A stretch of DNA of 64,000 bases. It comes from an uncultured Desulfarculus sp. Its GTDB lineage: Bacteria; Desulfobacterota; Desulfarculia; Desulfarculales; Desulfarculaceae. The notes beneath the pieces are model-generated. The model was given only the letters and a program-made list of their open reading frames with translations. It was not told the DNA's origin and searched no databases. Below are positions 1-9,508 of the stretch, one piece after another. Made by a program: the position numbers and the translations under genes. The stretch covers positions 1,440,001-1,504,000 of the forward strand of contig CAXXUK010000001.1 of NCBI GenBank assembly GCA_963665125.2, read 5' to 3'. Position 1 is the stretch's first letter. Every line of letters begins with the position of its first letter.

Positions 1-115
1 TGGGCATGACCATGGCCAGCAGCGGAACGGACAACAGCCCGAAACCGAATCCGGCCACGTTGAAAACCACCGCGCTGAGACCCAATACGGCGGAGATGTA
101 GAGTTCCGTGAGCAT
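1..115 (-). CDS. Sulfite exporter TauE/SafE family protein, N-terminal part (runs off the window start)
   Basis: Read manually on the minus strand: MLTELYISAVLGLSAVVFNVAGFGFGLLSVPLLAMVMP, with the typical GFGFGL..VP motif. Purine-rich RBS (GAAGGGAGAGGG) upstream. Confidence 0.75.
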   Translation of the reverse strand, partial: MLTELYISAVLGLSAVVFNVAGFGFGLLSVPLLAMVMP

Positions 116-287
116 GCCGACAAGCCCTCTCCCTTCAACAGGACCCATTCTACAGCATACTGCCCGCTATGGCGGCAAAGAGCCAACCTTGCGATTGATA
201 ATGCGCTTTTGCTAAGATCACCTATCGCGGTTCAATGATGATGCCCCGCCATGACCGCGCCCCGCACCCACTTCCAAGGAGGCTCAC

Positions 288-1628
288 GTGACACGGCAGG
301 ATTTCCGGCAGAAAAGCTTTTGGCTCTCCACCCGGGACTACACGCCCGGCCAACCTTTGCGCGGCGACATCAAGGTGGACGTGGCCATTATCGGCGGCGG
401 CTTCACAGGCCTTTCCACGGCCTATCATTTAAAAAAACTGCAACCGGGCTTGAAGATTGCCTTGGTTGAAAGCCAGGTGATCGGCTACGGCGCTTCGGGC
501 CGCAACGGCGGCTTCAACATGACCCTGTTCGGCATGACTCTCAGCACCACGGCCCTGCGCTTCGGCCGGGAAAAGACCCGCCAGGCCCATTTCTACATGG
601 AGCGGGCCGTTGACACGCTGCGCGACCTGGTGGCCGAACTGGGCCTGGACTGCGACTACGAACACCCGGGATTCCTGCGGGTGGCCACCTCGGAAAAATA
701 TAAAAACCGGATAATGCATGAGGTGGAATTGGCCCACAAGCTTGGCCTCGACGGCATTGACTGGATCGACGCCGGGAAGCTCGCCGCACAGGTGCGCAGC
801 CCGCAGTACCTGGGCGCCTGGCGGGAGCCGCGATGCGGCATCCTCAACCCGGCCAAGCTGGCCTGGAGTTGGCGGGACATTATCGCCGGCCAGGGCGTGG
901 AGATATACGAAAACACCCCCGTGCAAGGCATCGCCCGGAGCGGCGCCGGAATCAGCCTGCGCACAACCGAAGGCACAGTCAGCGCCGCCAAGGCCGTGCT
1001 GGCCACGAACGCCTGGTCCCACTTTTTCCCCGAACTCAAGCGCAAGCAGGTGCCCATCTGGACCTACATCGCCCTGACCGAGCCGTTGTCACAAGAACAA
1101 TTCGAGCAAATCAGCTGGCAAAACCGCCAGGGCATTGAGGACGCCCGCAACCTGGTCCATTACTACCGGCTGACCGCCGACAACCGTCTGCTCATGGGCG
1201 GCCGGGACGTGGGCTTCACCCGGGGCTGGAACATGGACAACGACCTGGACGAAGCCACCTTCCTGGGTCTGGAAAAAGACACCCGCGAGACCTTCCCGGC
1301 CCTGCGGGACATCAAATTCACCCATCACTGGGGCGGGCCTGTTTCCGTGCCGCTGGACATGGCCCCGGCCCTGGGCTATGCCGGTGACCGGCGCCTGGTC
1401 TACAGCCTGGGCTGCGTGGGCCACGGCGTTAGCCTGACCCACCTCAACGGCGTGACCATCGCGGACCTGGTCATGGAGCGCAAGACCGACCTCACGGACG
1501 TGTTTTTCGTCAACCGCCGAACCATTCCCTGGCCCCAGGGCGCCGTGCAGGAATTGGCCAAAAAGGCCATCGCCGGGATCATGCGCGGCCAAGACCGCCG
1601 CTGGGACCCACCCAGGGCTGGGATATGA
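288..1628 (+). CDS. FAD-dependent oxidoreductase, DadA/PuuB (gamma-glutamylputrescine oxidase-like) family
   Basis: DVAIIGGGFTGLSTA Rossmann motif, GASGRNGG, C-terminal GCVGHGVS; AAGGAGG RBS. Confidence 0.9.
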   Translation: MTRQDFRQKSFWLSTRDYTPGQPLRGDIKVDVAIIGGGFTGLSTAYHLKKLQPGLKIALVESQVIGYGASGRNGGFNMTLFGMTLSTTALRFGREKTRQAHFYMERAVDTLRDLVAELGLDCDYEHPGFLRVATSEKYKNRIMHEVELAHKLGLDGIDWIDAGKLAAQVRSPQYLGAWREPRCGILNPAKLAWSWRDIIAGQGVEIYENTPVQGIARSGAGISLRTTEGTVSAAKAVLATNAWSHFFPELKRKQVPIWTYIALTEPLSQEQFEQISWQNRQGIEDARNLVHYYRLTADNRLLMGGRDVGFTRGWNMDNDLDEATFLGLEKDTRETFPALRDIKFTHHWGGPVSVPLDMAPALGYAGDRRLVYSLGCVGHGVSLTHLNGVTIADLVMERKTDLTDVFFVNRRTIPWPQGAVQELAKKAIAGIMRGQDRRWDPPRAGI

Positions 1629-1765
1629 CGTTTGGGATGAGTTTCCCGTTAATTGTTGACAATGCTAACATTCTAAGCAATAACCTTTTTCAACTCTTAT
1701 TCAGGCCATTCGGCAAACCAACAACATACTTTGTCTAATGCATTGGCAATTCAGGGAGGCCCCAA

Positions 1766-2152
1766 ATGAAAAGGATCATCGCTCTATCTATTTGTCTTCT
1801 GGTTTTCGGCCTCATCGGGTGCAGCAGCGGCGGCGGCAGCGGTAGCAGCAGTGATTCGATTTCCGGCACCACCAGCGCCGATTTCGTGGGCACCTGGTCC
1901 ATGGTCAGTTCCGAAGGCGAATCCTGTTCCGGCTGCGTGCTGATGACCTTCAACGCCGATGGAACAGGCTCGGTTAATGACGTGAAGGGCTATTTCACCG
2001 GCGTTCCGGGCACCATCATTCAGGGCACGTGGAGTTATGCCGGCGGCTACCTGACCATCACCAGCGATGACGAAACATATTACGAAAGCGACCCGGCCTC
2101 CATTGACGGCAACATCCTCACCTATGGGGTGAACGTCTATCAGCGGCAGTAA
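1766..2152 (+). CDS. Small lipoprotein, possibly lipocalin-like beta barrel
   Basis: Signal peptide with lipobox LIGC, Ser/Gly linker, FVGTW and GTWSY motifs; GGGAGG RBS. Confidence 0.7.
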   Translation: MKRIIALSICLLVFGLIGCSSGGGSGSSSDSISGTTSADFVGTWSMVSSEGESCSGCVLMTFNADGTGSVNDVKGYFTGVPGTIIQGTWSYAGGYLTITSDDETYYESDPASIDGNILTYGVNVYQRQ

Positions 2153-2175
2153 GGCGGCCGACCAAGAAGCAAAGG

Positions 2176-2205
2176 GCAGCGCTCCGAACGGGGCGCTGCT
2201 TTTTT
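2176..2205 (+). terminator. Intrinsic terminator
   Basis: GCAGCGC...GCGCTGC stem followed by a T-run. Confidence 0.75.
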
Positions 2206-2311
2206 ATTGATTCACAAAGGAAAAAGCATCTATGCTTTTTATCAAGAAAGCGCGGGATAGCAATGGACATATCCATATACCATAGAGGGGGGCCTTGAAC
2301 GGATATAATTC

Positions 2312-3016
2312 ATGCCTTTCAGCCGGAAAGTAAAGAAAAAAGTCCTTTTATGGTGTGCGCGTCACTGCTGTCTATGTGGAGAACCCGCAGGAGTTCATAT
2401 AGAGATTGCACACCTTGACAACAACAATAAGAATAATGACATAGATAATGCAATGCCACTTTGCTATCGTTGTCACGCTGCAATTGGCCATTACAACGAA
2501 AACCATCCTAGGGGAAACAAGTATAACATTGATGAGCTAAAAGCTCGTCGTAATCAAGTCTATGATCAACAAACAAGCCAATTATTATCTCCTGTAATTC
2601 CAGTTGTTAATGGTTCGGGTGCATCTCTTCCCGACGTTAGCTTTCGCATATCACATACCGGAAGTACATATCCTTTAGAAGCCAACGTTACAGTTCAACT
2701 TTTCCGCGGCAAACAAATTTTATTTACAGTAGATTCCGATCACTACAATGGCAAAGCAACATGGCTTTTAAATCCAGGCACCACTTACAGTGGCCATTTC
2801 TATCTTCAAGAAGATATTAGCGAATTAAAAGGCAGGCAAGCCCTGGCTGTAAAAATTACGTTATTGTTATTTGATATATACGGTTACAAGCACGAACCAC
2901 ACCCTACAATATACGTTCTTAGTGGTGATTTCAGAAAAGGACCTAAAAATAACGGGCATTGGTATCTTGAACCATCTTTAGAAGTAGCCCAGAATACAAA
3001 ATTCCCAGCAAATTAA
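2312..3016 (+). CDS. HNH-endonuclease-like N-terminal domain protein, low GC
   Basis: CCLC...EIAH...N.IDNAMPLCYRCH zinc-binding HNH signature; markedly AT-rich relative to its flanks. Confidence 0.7.
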   Translation: MPFSRKVKKKVLLWCARHCCLCGEPAGVHIEIAHLDNNNKNNDIDNAMPLCYRCHAAIGHYNENHPRGNKYNIDELKARRNQVYDQQTSQLLSPVIPVVNGSGASLPDVSFRISHTGSTYPLEANVTVQLFRGKQILFTVDSDHYNGKATWLLNPGTTYSGHFYLQEDISELKGRQALAVKITLLLFDIYGYKHEPHPTIYVLSGDFRKGPKNNGHWYLEPSLEVAQNTKFPAN

Positions 3017-3041
3017 GCAGAAGCCACCAGGTTTGGATTCC

Positions 3042-3686
3042 CTACCCGGCCAACTGCCTGGCCTGCTCCTTGAGCCGGGCCACAATGGTCTTGACCACCG
3101 ACATGGCGTCGTCGTGGATCTGCTGGATATTGCGGCTGTTGTACAGGGTCACCGCCGCGTGCATGGTGAACCAAAGCTCCATGGTCTCGATGCGGTACTC
3201 CTCGCTTCCCTGGGGCCGGGTCCGGCCCTCAAGCTCGTAGCGCACCCTGTCGGCCAGGCGCAGCACCCGCTTGGCCGATTCAATCTCCTGCCAGGCGGCC
3301 TCTTCGGCGTCGGTGCCGATATAGTCGGTATAGCGCGGGGTGTTGCCGTTGAGCATGGCGTCGTACAGGGGCCCGTTGTTGTGGCCAAATTCCATGTAGG
3401 CGTCGATCATGCCTTCCATGCGCTCGACAGGATCGTCGGTGCGCTTGTAGGCCTCGTCGAACATGGCCTCCAGCACGTGAAACCCGCTGGACTGCAAGGC
3501 CAGGAAAAGCTCGTCCTTGCTGCTGTAATAGTTGTAGATATTGGCCGCGGTCATGCCCAGGCGGGAGGCCAATTTACGCATACTTAGCCCGTTGAAGCCC
3601 TCGTTGCTTAGTATCTCCAGGGCGGTATGAAGGATACGCTGCCGCACCGCTTCGATGTCTTCTGGCTTGCGCATGGCTTTGGGCAT
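3042..3686 (-). CDS. TetR/AcrR family transcriptional regulator
   Basis: N-terminal HTH: ILHTALEILSNEGFNGLSMRKLASRLGMTAANIYNYYSSKDEL. Confidence 0.9.
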   Translation of the reverse strand: MPKAMRKPEDIEAVRQRILHTALEILSNEGFNGLSMRKLASRLGMTAANIYNYYSSKDELFLALQSSGFHVLEAMFDEAYKRTDDPVERMEGMIDAYMEFGHNNGPLYDAMLNGNTPRYTDYIGTDAEEAAWQEIESAKRVLRLADRVRYELEGRTRPQGSEEYRIETMELWFTMHAAVTLYNSRNIQQIHDDAMSVVKTIVARLKEQARQLAG

Positions 3687-3920
3687 GATTTATTCCTATA
3701 AATATAAACACTGTTATTTTAACAGCGTTCAAAAGCATTATCCATAAAATAGCCGCATGATTGCTCAAACAGCTATGCAGCAGCATACCGCCATTCCGGG
3801 CAAATGGCCAGTTTATATGCCTATCAAGACATACAACCAAGTTTGACTGGTGGTCCGGCTTTGGGTATATTGCTGAACTGGTTTGTATACACATCCGTTT
3901 GATGGACCAAGGAGACAACA

Positions 3921-4886
3921 ATGCGCGTCCTGTCCGGTATCCAGCCTTCCGGAACGCTTCACATCGGCAATTATTTCGCCATGATGAAGCGGATGATCGA
4001 ATTTCAGGAGCAGCACACCCTGTTCTGCTTCATTGTCGATTACCACGCCCTAACCACCGTTGACGACCCGGCCAAACTGCGTCAGGGAACCATCAACGCG
4101 GCCATGGACTTTCTGGCCCTGGGTCTGGACCCGGAAAAATGCTACTTTTGGGTGCAGTCAGCCATACCGGAGGTCTGTGAACTCACCTGGATTTTGTTTC
4201 AGCAAACGGCAGTCGGCCTGTTGGAAAGAGCCCATTCCTACAAAGACAAGCTTGCCAAGGGCTTCCAGCCTCACGCGGGCCTGTTCAACTATCCGGTGCT
4301 CATGGCCGCCGATATTCTGATGTTCCAAGCCGAGGCCGTGCCCGTAGGCAAGGATCAGAAACAGCACCTGGAAATGACCCGGGACATCGCCATCAAATTC
4401 AACAACAGATACGGCGACGTGCTCACCGTACCCGAGCCCTGGATCGATGACGACACTGCAACGGTGCCCGGAATCGACGGCCAGAAGATGTCCAAAAGCT
4501 ACGACAACACCCTGGAAATCTTCCTGCCCGAAAAGCAGCTCAAGAAAAAAGTGATGCGCATCGTCACCGACTCCACGCCCGTGGAAGACCCCAAAGACCC
4601 GGACAAGTGCAATGTCTATAAAATCATCAGCCTGTTCATGGATGAATCCGAGAAAAAAGCACTGGCCGAGCGTTACCGCGCCGGCGGCCTGGGCTACGGC
4701 GAGGTAAAGAAAGAGCTCTTCGCCCGTATGTGGGAATACTTCGCGCCCTTCCGCGAAAAGCGCGCCCAGTTCGAAGCCGACCCCGGCCAGGTCCACGAAA
4801 TTATGGCCAAGGGCGCGGCCAAAACCCGCGAAATCGCCTTGCAGACCATTGCCAAAGTCCGCGACGTCGTGGGGTTGGGTTGGTGA
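3921..4886 (+). CDS. trpS: Tryptophan--tRNA ligase
   Basis: SGIQPSG.LHIGNY, YPVLMAADIL, VPVGKDQKQHLE and KMSKS motifs. Confidence 0.97.
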   Translation: MRVLSGIQPSGTLHIGNYFAMMKRMIEFQEQHTLFCFIVDYHALTTVDDPAKLRQGTINAAMDFLALGLDPEKCYFWVQSAIPEVCELTWILFQQTAVGLLERAHSYKDKLAKGFQPHAGLFNYPVLMAADILMFQAEAVPVGKDQKQHLEMTRDIAIKFNNRYGDVLTVPEPWIDDDTATVPGIDGQKMSKSYDNTLEIFLPEKQLKKKVMRIVTDSTPVEDPKDPDKCNVYKIISLFMDESEKKALAERYRAGGLGYGEVKKELFARMWEYFAPFREKRAQFEADPGQVHEIMAKGAAKTREIALQTIAKVRDVVGLGW

Positions 4887-4960
4887 TTTTCTTGCTCTGA
4901 CAAGGTGTTGGCTGCAATACCAACGGCAATTCAACCAACACTTAAAATTCGACATTGCCA

Positions 4961-5011
4961 AAATGCCGCGATGCCCACTCAGCCAACGTCTGGGTGGGCA
5001 TCGCGGCATTT
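4961..5011. repeat. Long inverted repeat (about 22-bp stem) in the trpS / acyl-CoA ligase convergent gap
   Basis: AAATGCCGCGATGCCCAC (4961-4978) pairs perfectly with GTGGGCATCGCGGCATTT (4994-5011), plus an inner TCAG/CTGG extension. Confidence 0.85.
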
Positions 5012-5174
5012 GGTTTGTCTCTTCAGGCAATTGGTTCATATCGCCTCTGCCTTTGAGATCAAATAAGTTTAAATGCCGTACTTATTTCTTATATTTTTCC
5101 TTGCTTCGTAGGCGCCATTCAACAAAAAACGCCCGCTCCATTTGGAACGGGCGCTGGCGAACCTTTAGAAAGGC

Positions 5175-7028
5175 TTATGATTTATACATACCCTCGATCA
5201 ACTCGGAGTAAGCCTTGTTTATGGCCTTGCGCTTGAGCTTCATGGTCGGGGTGACCTCGCCGTCCTCTTCCATGAGCTTTTTGGGAATCAAGGTGAACTT
5301 CTTGATCTGCTCCACTCTGGCCAGGGTCTTGTTGACCTCGTCCAATTCCTCCTGGATCAGCTTGACGATCTCCTTGCGCTGGGTCAGAGACTCGTAGGTG
5401 GTAAACGGAATCTTGTGGTCGGTTGCGTATTTGACCACGTTGTCCTCGTCAATGAAGATCAAGGCGCTCATGAACTTGCGCCGGTCGCCGATGGCCACGG
5501 CGTCGTTGATATACGGGCTGGCCTTGAGCTGGTTTTCGATGTTCTGCGGGGCGATGTTCTTGCCGCCTGCGGTGATGATCAGGTCCTTCTTGCGGTCGGT
5601 GATCTTCAGGAAGCCCCTGTCGTCGATTACGCCGACATCGCCGGAATAGAGCCAACCATCCTGAATGGTCTCGGCGGTGGCTTCTGGGTTCTTGTAGTAA
5701 CCCATGAACACGTTTCTGCCCTTGACCAGAATCTCGCCGTCTTCGGCTATCTTGATCTGCACACCGGGAATGGCCGGACCAACGCTGTCGGCTTCGATGA
5801 TGTCACCCTGGTGCATGGACGTGGGGCCCGTGTCCTCGGTCTGGCCGTAAATCTGGCGCAGGGGAATGCCGATGGCGTGGTAGAACTTGAGCACGTCGGC
5901 GCTGATGGGCGCGGCGCCGCTGATGGCGACCCTGATGCGCTCAAAGCCCAAGCGTTCCTTGAGTTTGCGGAACACCGCGAAATGGACGATGGAGTAGGCC
6001 AGTTTGAGCATGGGCGGCACGCCCTCGGGGCTCAGGCGGGCCTCGGCGCGTTTTTTGCCGATCTTCATTGCAAAACCGAAGACCATGCGCTTGAACCAGG
6101 AAGAGTCCTTCATCTTGATATAGATGCTGCTGGCGTATTTTTCCCAAATACGCGGCACGGCGAAAAATGCCGTGGGCGACACTTCGACAACGTTGTCGGT
6201 GACCGTATCAACGTTCTCGATGAAGTTGATGGTGTTCTTGAAGGTCAAGGGCATGAACGTTGTGAAGTTGCGTTCGGCAATGTGCGAAAGCGGCAAGAAA
6301 CTGATTGACTCGTCGTCATCATAGAACGGCTCGGCCGAGGCCATTGACCGGCCGGTCCACAACACGTTCTCATGGCTGAGCATGGCGCCCTTGGGCGGAC
6401 CGGTGGTGCCGCTGGTGTAGATGAGCAGGGCCAAATCGTCGGGCTTGCGGCAAGCCAGGCGGGCTTCATATACATCCGGGTTGTTTTTGTCGAACTCCTC
6501 GCCCAGCTTTATAAGCTCATCGAAGCTTATCACCATGGGGTCTTCAAAATGACGAAGGCCTTCGGTGTCCATTACCACGATTTTTTTAATGCTGGAGCAG
6601 TCTTCCCGGATCTCCAGGGCCTTATCCAACTGCTCTTCGTTTTCGACGATGTAGATTTTGGCCTCGGAGTGTTTGATGATGTAGGCGCATTCCTCGGAAG
6701 AGTTGGTGGTGTAGATACCCACGGAAACGCCCCCGGCCACCATGCAACCCAGGTCGGAAAAAATCCACTCGGGGCGGTTGTCACCGATGATGGCCACGAT
6801 ATCGGCTGGCTTGAGGCCCAAGGACACAAAGCCCATGGCCACCTTTCGAACTATCTGTCCGTAACTCTGCCAGGACACATCGTGCCACAGGCCGAACTTC
6901 TTATAGCGAAGCACGGTTCGTGAACCCAGTTCTTTGCACCTACGGTCAAAAAGCTGGGGGATGGTTTCGGTAATAGGCTGATCAATGGAATACTTTTCGC
7001 TTACGATCCTGTGCCTTTTACTTGCCAT
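5175..7028 (-). CDS. Long-chain fatty acid--CoA ligase (AMP-binding, FadD15-like)
   Basis: IYTSGTTGPPKG, YGQTE, GWLYSGDVG, DRKKDLIITAGGKNIAP motifs. Start placed at ATG 7028. Confidence 0.92.
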   Translation of the reverse strand: MASKRHRIVSEKYSIDQPITETIPQLFDRRCKELGSRTVLRYKKFGLWHDVSWQSYGQIVRKVAMGFVSLGLKPADIVAIIGDNRPEWIFSDLGCMVAGGVSVGIYTTNSSEECAYIIKHSEAKIYIVENEEQLDKALEIREDCSSIKKIVVMDTEGLRHFEDPMVISFDELIKLGEEFDKNNPDVYEARLACRKPDDLALLIYTSGTTGPPKGAMLSHENVLWTGRSMASAEPFYDDDESISFLPLSHIAERNFTTFMPLTFKNTINFIENVDTVTDNVVEVSPTAFFAVPRIWEKYASSIYIKMKDSSWFKRMVFGFAMKIGKKRAEARLSPEGVPPMLKLAYSIVHFAVFRKLKERLGFERIRVAISGAAPISADVLKFYHAIGIPLRQIYGQTEDTGPTSMHQGDIIEADSVGPAIPGVQIKIAEDGEILVKGRNVFMGYYKNPEATAETIQDGWLYSGDVGVIDDRGFLKITDRKKDLIITAGGKNIAPQNIENQLKASPYINDAVAIGDRRKFMSALIFIDEDNVVKYATDHKIPFTTYESLTQRKEIVKLIQEELDEVNKTLARVEQIKKFTLIPKKLMEEDGEVTPTMKLKRKAINKAYSELIEGMYKS

Positions 7029-7284
7029 GCTGCCAACCCGTTTAAAAAAGTTATCAAATGAACGCAACGGCAACCCGCACCGGCTGCCGCTGCCGCTTTA
7101 CCTTGTCGTTTTATATGGAATTGCGAATCGTCCCTCAGACAGCGTCACTTGAGTTTTTTTCTCCCAGGCAAAGTTAAAGATTATTTTTTCGAGTATTTTT
7201 TTATTTTGCCTACACGCAAACGATCCGCATTGACATCTTACATAAATTTTATTCTCAAAATAAAGCCCCTAAATTGTGAAAATG

Positions 7285-7310
7285 CAAAAAAAATGGGGCC
7301 CGAAGGCCCC
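7285..7310 (-). terminator. Intrinsic terminator of the surA-like operon
   Basis: GGGGCC-loop-GGCCCC stem followed by a T-run on the minus strand. Confidence 0.65.
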
Positions 7311-7331
7311 TGATGGTTATTTTCAAGTAAA

Positions 7332-8318
7332 TCAGTCAATGATGCGGACGTAGGTTTTGGAATGAAGGTCCTTTAACCACTGATTAAAGCGCTCGTCCAG
7401 GATTTCGTTTTCCAGTTCCTCACGCACTTCGGCCCGCAACTTGGCCACGCCGGGTCCACCATCACCGCTGACGGTCAACAGGCGCATGAACACGAAACCG
7501 GTGGGTATTCGCAGCACGCCGGACAGTTCTCCTGGCTTGAGGCTCTCGATGGCCTTGCGCATCTCGGGCAACAGATCGTTTGGATTGAGCGGGCCAACCT
7601 CGCCGCCATCACCGGCACCGGGCCCTTCGGAAAAGTCCTTGCACAGGGATGCGAAATCAGCGCCGTCGACAACCTTTTTATGAAGCTCTTCAGCCTTTTT
7701 GGCCAGGGAGGCATCCTCTTCGGCAGTGGCGTTTTCGGGCAGCTTTAGAAACAGAGCCCGTAGAGTCACCTGACCGGCTACATTTTTGATGTCCGGATGT
7801 TCGGCCAGGTAGTCGTCAACCTGCTTGTCGCTGATGATGACCTTGCTTTTAACCTCGCGGCTGACGAGACGACGTTTGAGGATGTCGTTGCGGAGGTTCT
7901 CGCGGTATTCATCGGGCGTCATTCCGGTCTGGTTCAGACGGGCGATAAACTCTTCCTGGGACATATTGTTTGCGGTCTTGAGCCTCTCGATGAACCCGTC
8001 CAACTCGGCGTCTGAGACCTTCATCTCAAGCCTGTCGACTTCCTGCCGAAACAGCTTTTCGTCGATCAATTGATTCAAGGCCATGTGCCGCAGTTCCCTT
8101 GGCGAAGGCACCTGGGCCTGCCTGCCCATATCTTGCATCATCTTGATACGGCGGACTATCGAGTTTATGGATTTTTCCAATTCCACCGCGGTGATCGGCT
8201 CATCACCCACAACCGCGACGACGCGGTTAATCAATTCATCGGCCTTGGCGGCATAAGTTGTTCCCAACAATGCCACCAGCGCCATCAGGGCGACCACAGA
8301 GCGCAGTTTCATATTCAC
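7332..8318 (-). CDS. surA: SurA-like peptidyl-prolyl isomerase / chaperone
   Basis: Signal peptide, INRVVAVVGDEPIT SurA N-domain, rotamase DFASLCKDFSEGPGAGDGG. Confidence 0.8.
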   Translation of the reverse strand: MNMKLRSVVALMALVALLGTTYAAKADELINRVVAVVGDEPITAVELEKSINSIVRRIKMMQDMGRQAQVPSPRELRHMALNQLIDEKLFRQEVDRLEMKVSDAELDGFIERLKTANNMSQEEFIARLNQTGMTPDEYRENLRNDILKRRLVSREVKSKVIISDKQVDDYLAEHPDIKNVAGQVTLRALFLKLPENATAEEDASLAKKAEELHKKVVDGADFASLCKDFSEGPGAGDGGEVGPLNPNDLLPEMRKAIESLKPGELSGVLRIPTGFVFMRLLTVSGDGGPGVAKLRAEVREELENEILDERFNQWLKDLHSKTYVRIID

Positions 8319-9268
8319 TTACCTCTTTCGCCGATTGTTGCGGAGTCCAAGAACTGGGGATCGACCCATATATCGGCATTCTGCCTAAGATCAACCAGCC
8401 ACTTGGCCGCCAGTTCATCCAACTGCTTTTTTGCCAAAGTGTTCTGAATGTCACCGGAAGCTTCCGCCAGCCCAACTGACGCCGCCGGACGTTTTCTTAC
8501 AACCCATACCACATGATAGCCGTAATCACTATGAAAGGGCCCCGCGGGCTTTCCCGGTGGTGACAAGAATATCTTATTTTCCAAATCTTCGGGCATATGC
8601 CCCCGGCTGAGCCAGTCCGGCCGTCCATCATTACCAAGGGGCGTGCCGACCTGTGACGCGGCCTCCGCCATGCTCATGCCCTGGTCCATTTTGGCTATCA
8701 GTTCCCGGGCGAGTTGCTCCGAGGGCAATACAGTATGCATGGCCAAAATCTGTTCCGGACGAAAGAACAGCTCGGGGTGTTCTTGGTGATACTGGGCAAT
8801 ATCAGCTTTATCAACCCTGATTTTTGGAGTTAAAACCAGTTCCATGGTCTTGCGCATCAGCAGTTCCTTGGCAAGTTCCTGGCGCCACTGCTTGTACTCC
8901 ATGCCCTGAGCCAACATATTGTGTTCAAAAGCGGACAGTTCCATGCCGCTGCGCAACTGCTGCTCGGTATCGTCGAACTCCTTGTCGTCAAGCTTGACAC
9001 CCAACGCGGCTGCATATTGCAAGACCAGGCTGCGGTCGATGAGTTCCTGGAGCACCGCCATGCGCAACTGGTCGGGCAGTCCCTCCACACTTGGTCCGAG
9101 ACCCATGTAGGCGGCTTTGGCCGAAAACTCCTGCAAGTTTATATCATCGGAGCCCACCCTGGCTACAAGCACTGTATCTGTTTGCTGTTGGCAGGCGGAG
9201 CAGGCCAACAGAATCAGGATCACTTGCACCAGGATGAGTTTTTTAGGTGTGGCGTACTTCTTTTCCAT
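8315..9268 (-). CDS. PpiC-type peptidyl-prolyl isomerase (lipoprotein-like)
   Basis: SurA_N-like helical region and GPFHSDYGYHV rotamase motif; overlaps the next gene by 4 nt. Start placed at ATG 9268. Confidence 0.8.
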   Translation of the reverse strand: MEKKYATPKKLILVQVILILLACSACQQQTDTVLVARVGSDDINLQEFSAKAAYMGLGPSVEGLPDQLRMAVLQELIDRSLVLQYAAALGVKLDDKEFDDTEQQLRSGMELSAFEHNMLAQGMEYKQWRQELAKELLMRKTMELVLTPKIRVDKADIAQYHQEHPELFFRPEQILAMHTVLPSEQLARELIAKMDQGMSMAEAASQVGTPLGNDGRPDWLSRGHMPEDLENKIFLSPPGKPAGPFHSDYGYHVVWVVRKRPAASVGLAEASGDIQNTLAKKQLDELAAKWLVDLRQNADIWVDPQFLDSATIGERGK

Positions 9269-9445
9269 CGTAATCCGGTTTGTTACCACCCCTGGCTCCA
9301 ATATGCAACCAAAGACAAACAACGGCCCGCCACTTGTACGCAGTGGGAAAAAATTTCCTTCCGCAGCGTTGTCATTAAATTTTGCGCACAATGATTTTAT
9401 CTGTATTTTAATGCTGTTAGCAACATCAGCATCTTCAAGACCCAA

Positions 9446-9461
9446 TGGCATCCCCCTTGCA
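9446..9461 (+). promoter_or_regulatory. Sigma54 (-24/-12) promoter of flgE
   Basis: TGGCATCCCCCTTGCA gives exact GG-N10-GC spacing, about 50 nt upstream of the ATG. Confidence 0.8.
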
Positions 9462-9508
9462 TATATTTAGGCAAATTTCCGGGTTCTCCATTTCGAGGTG
9501 GCATACCT

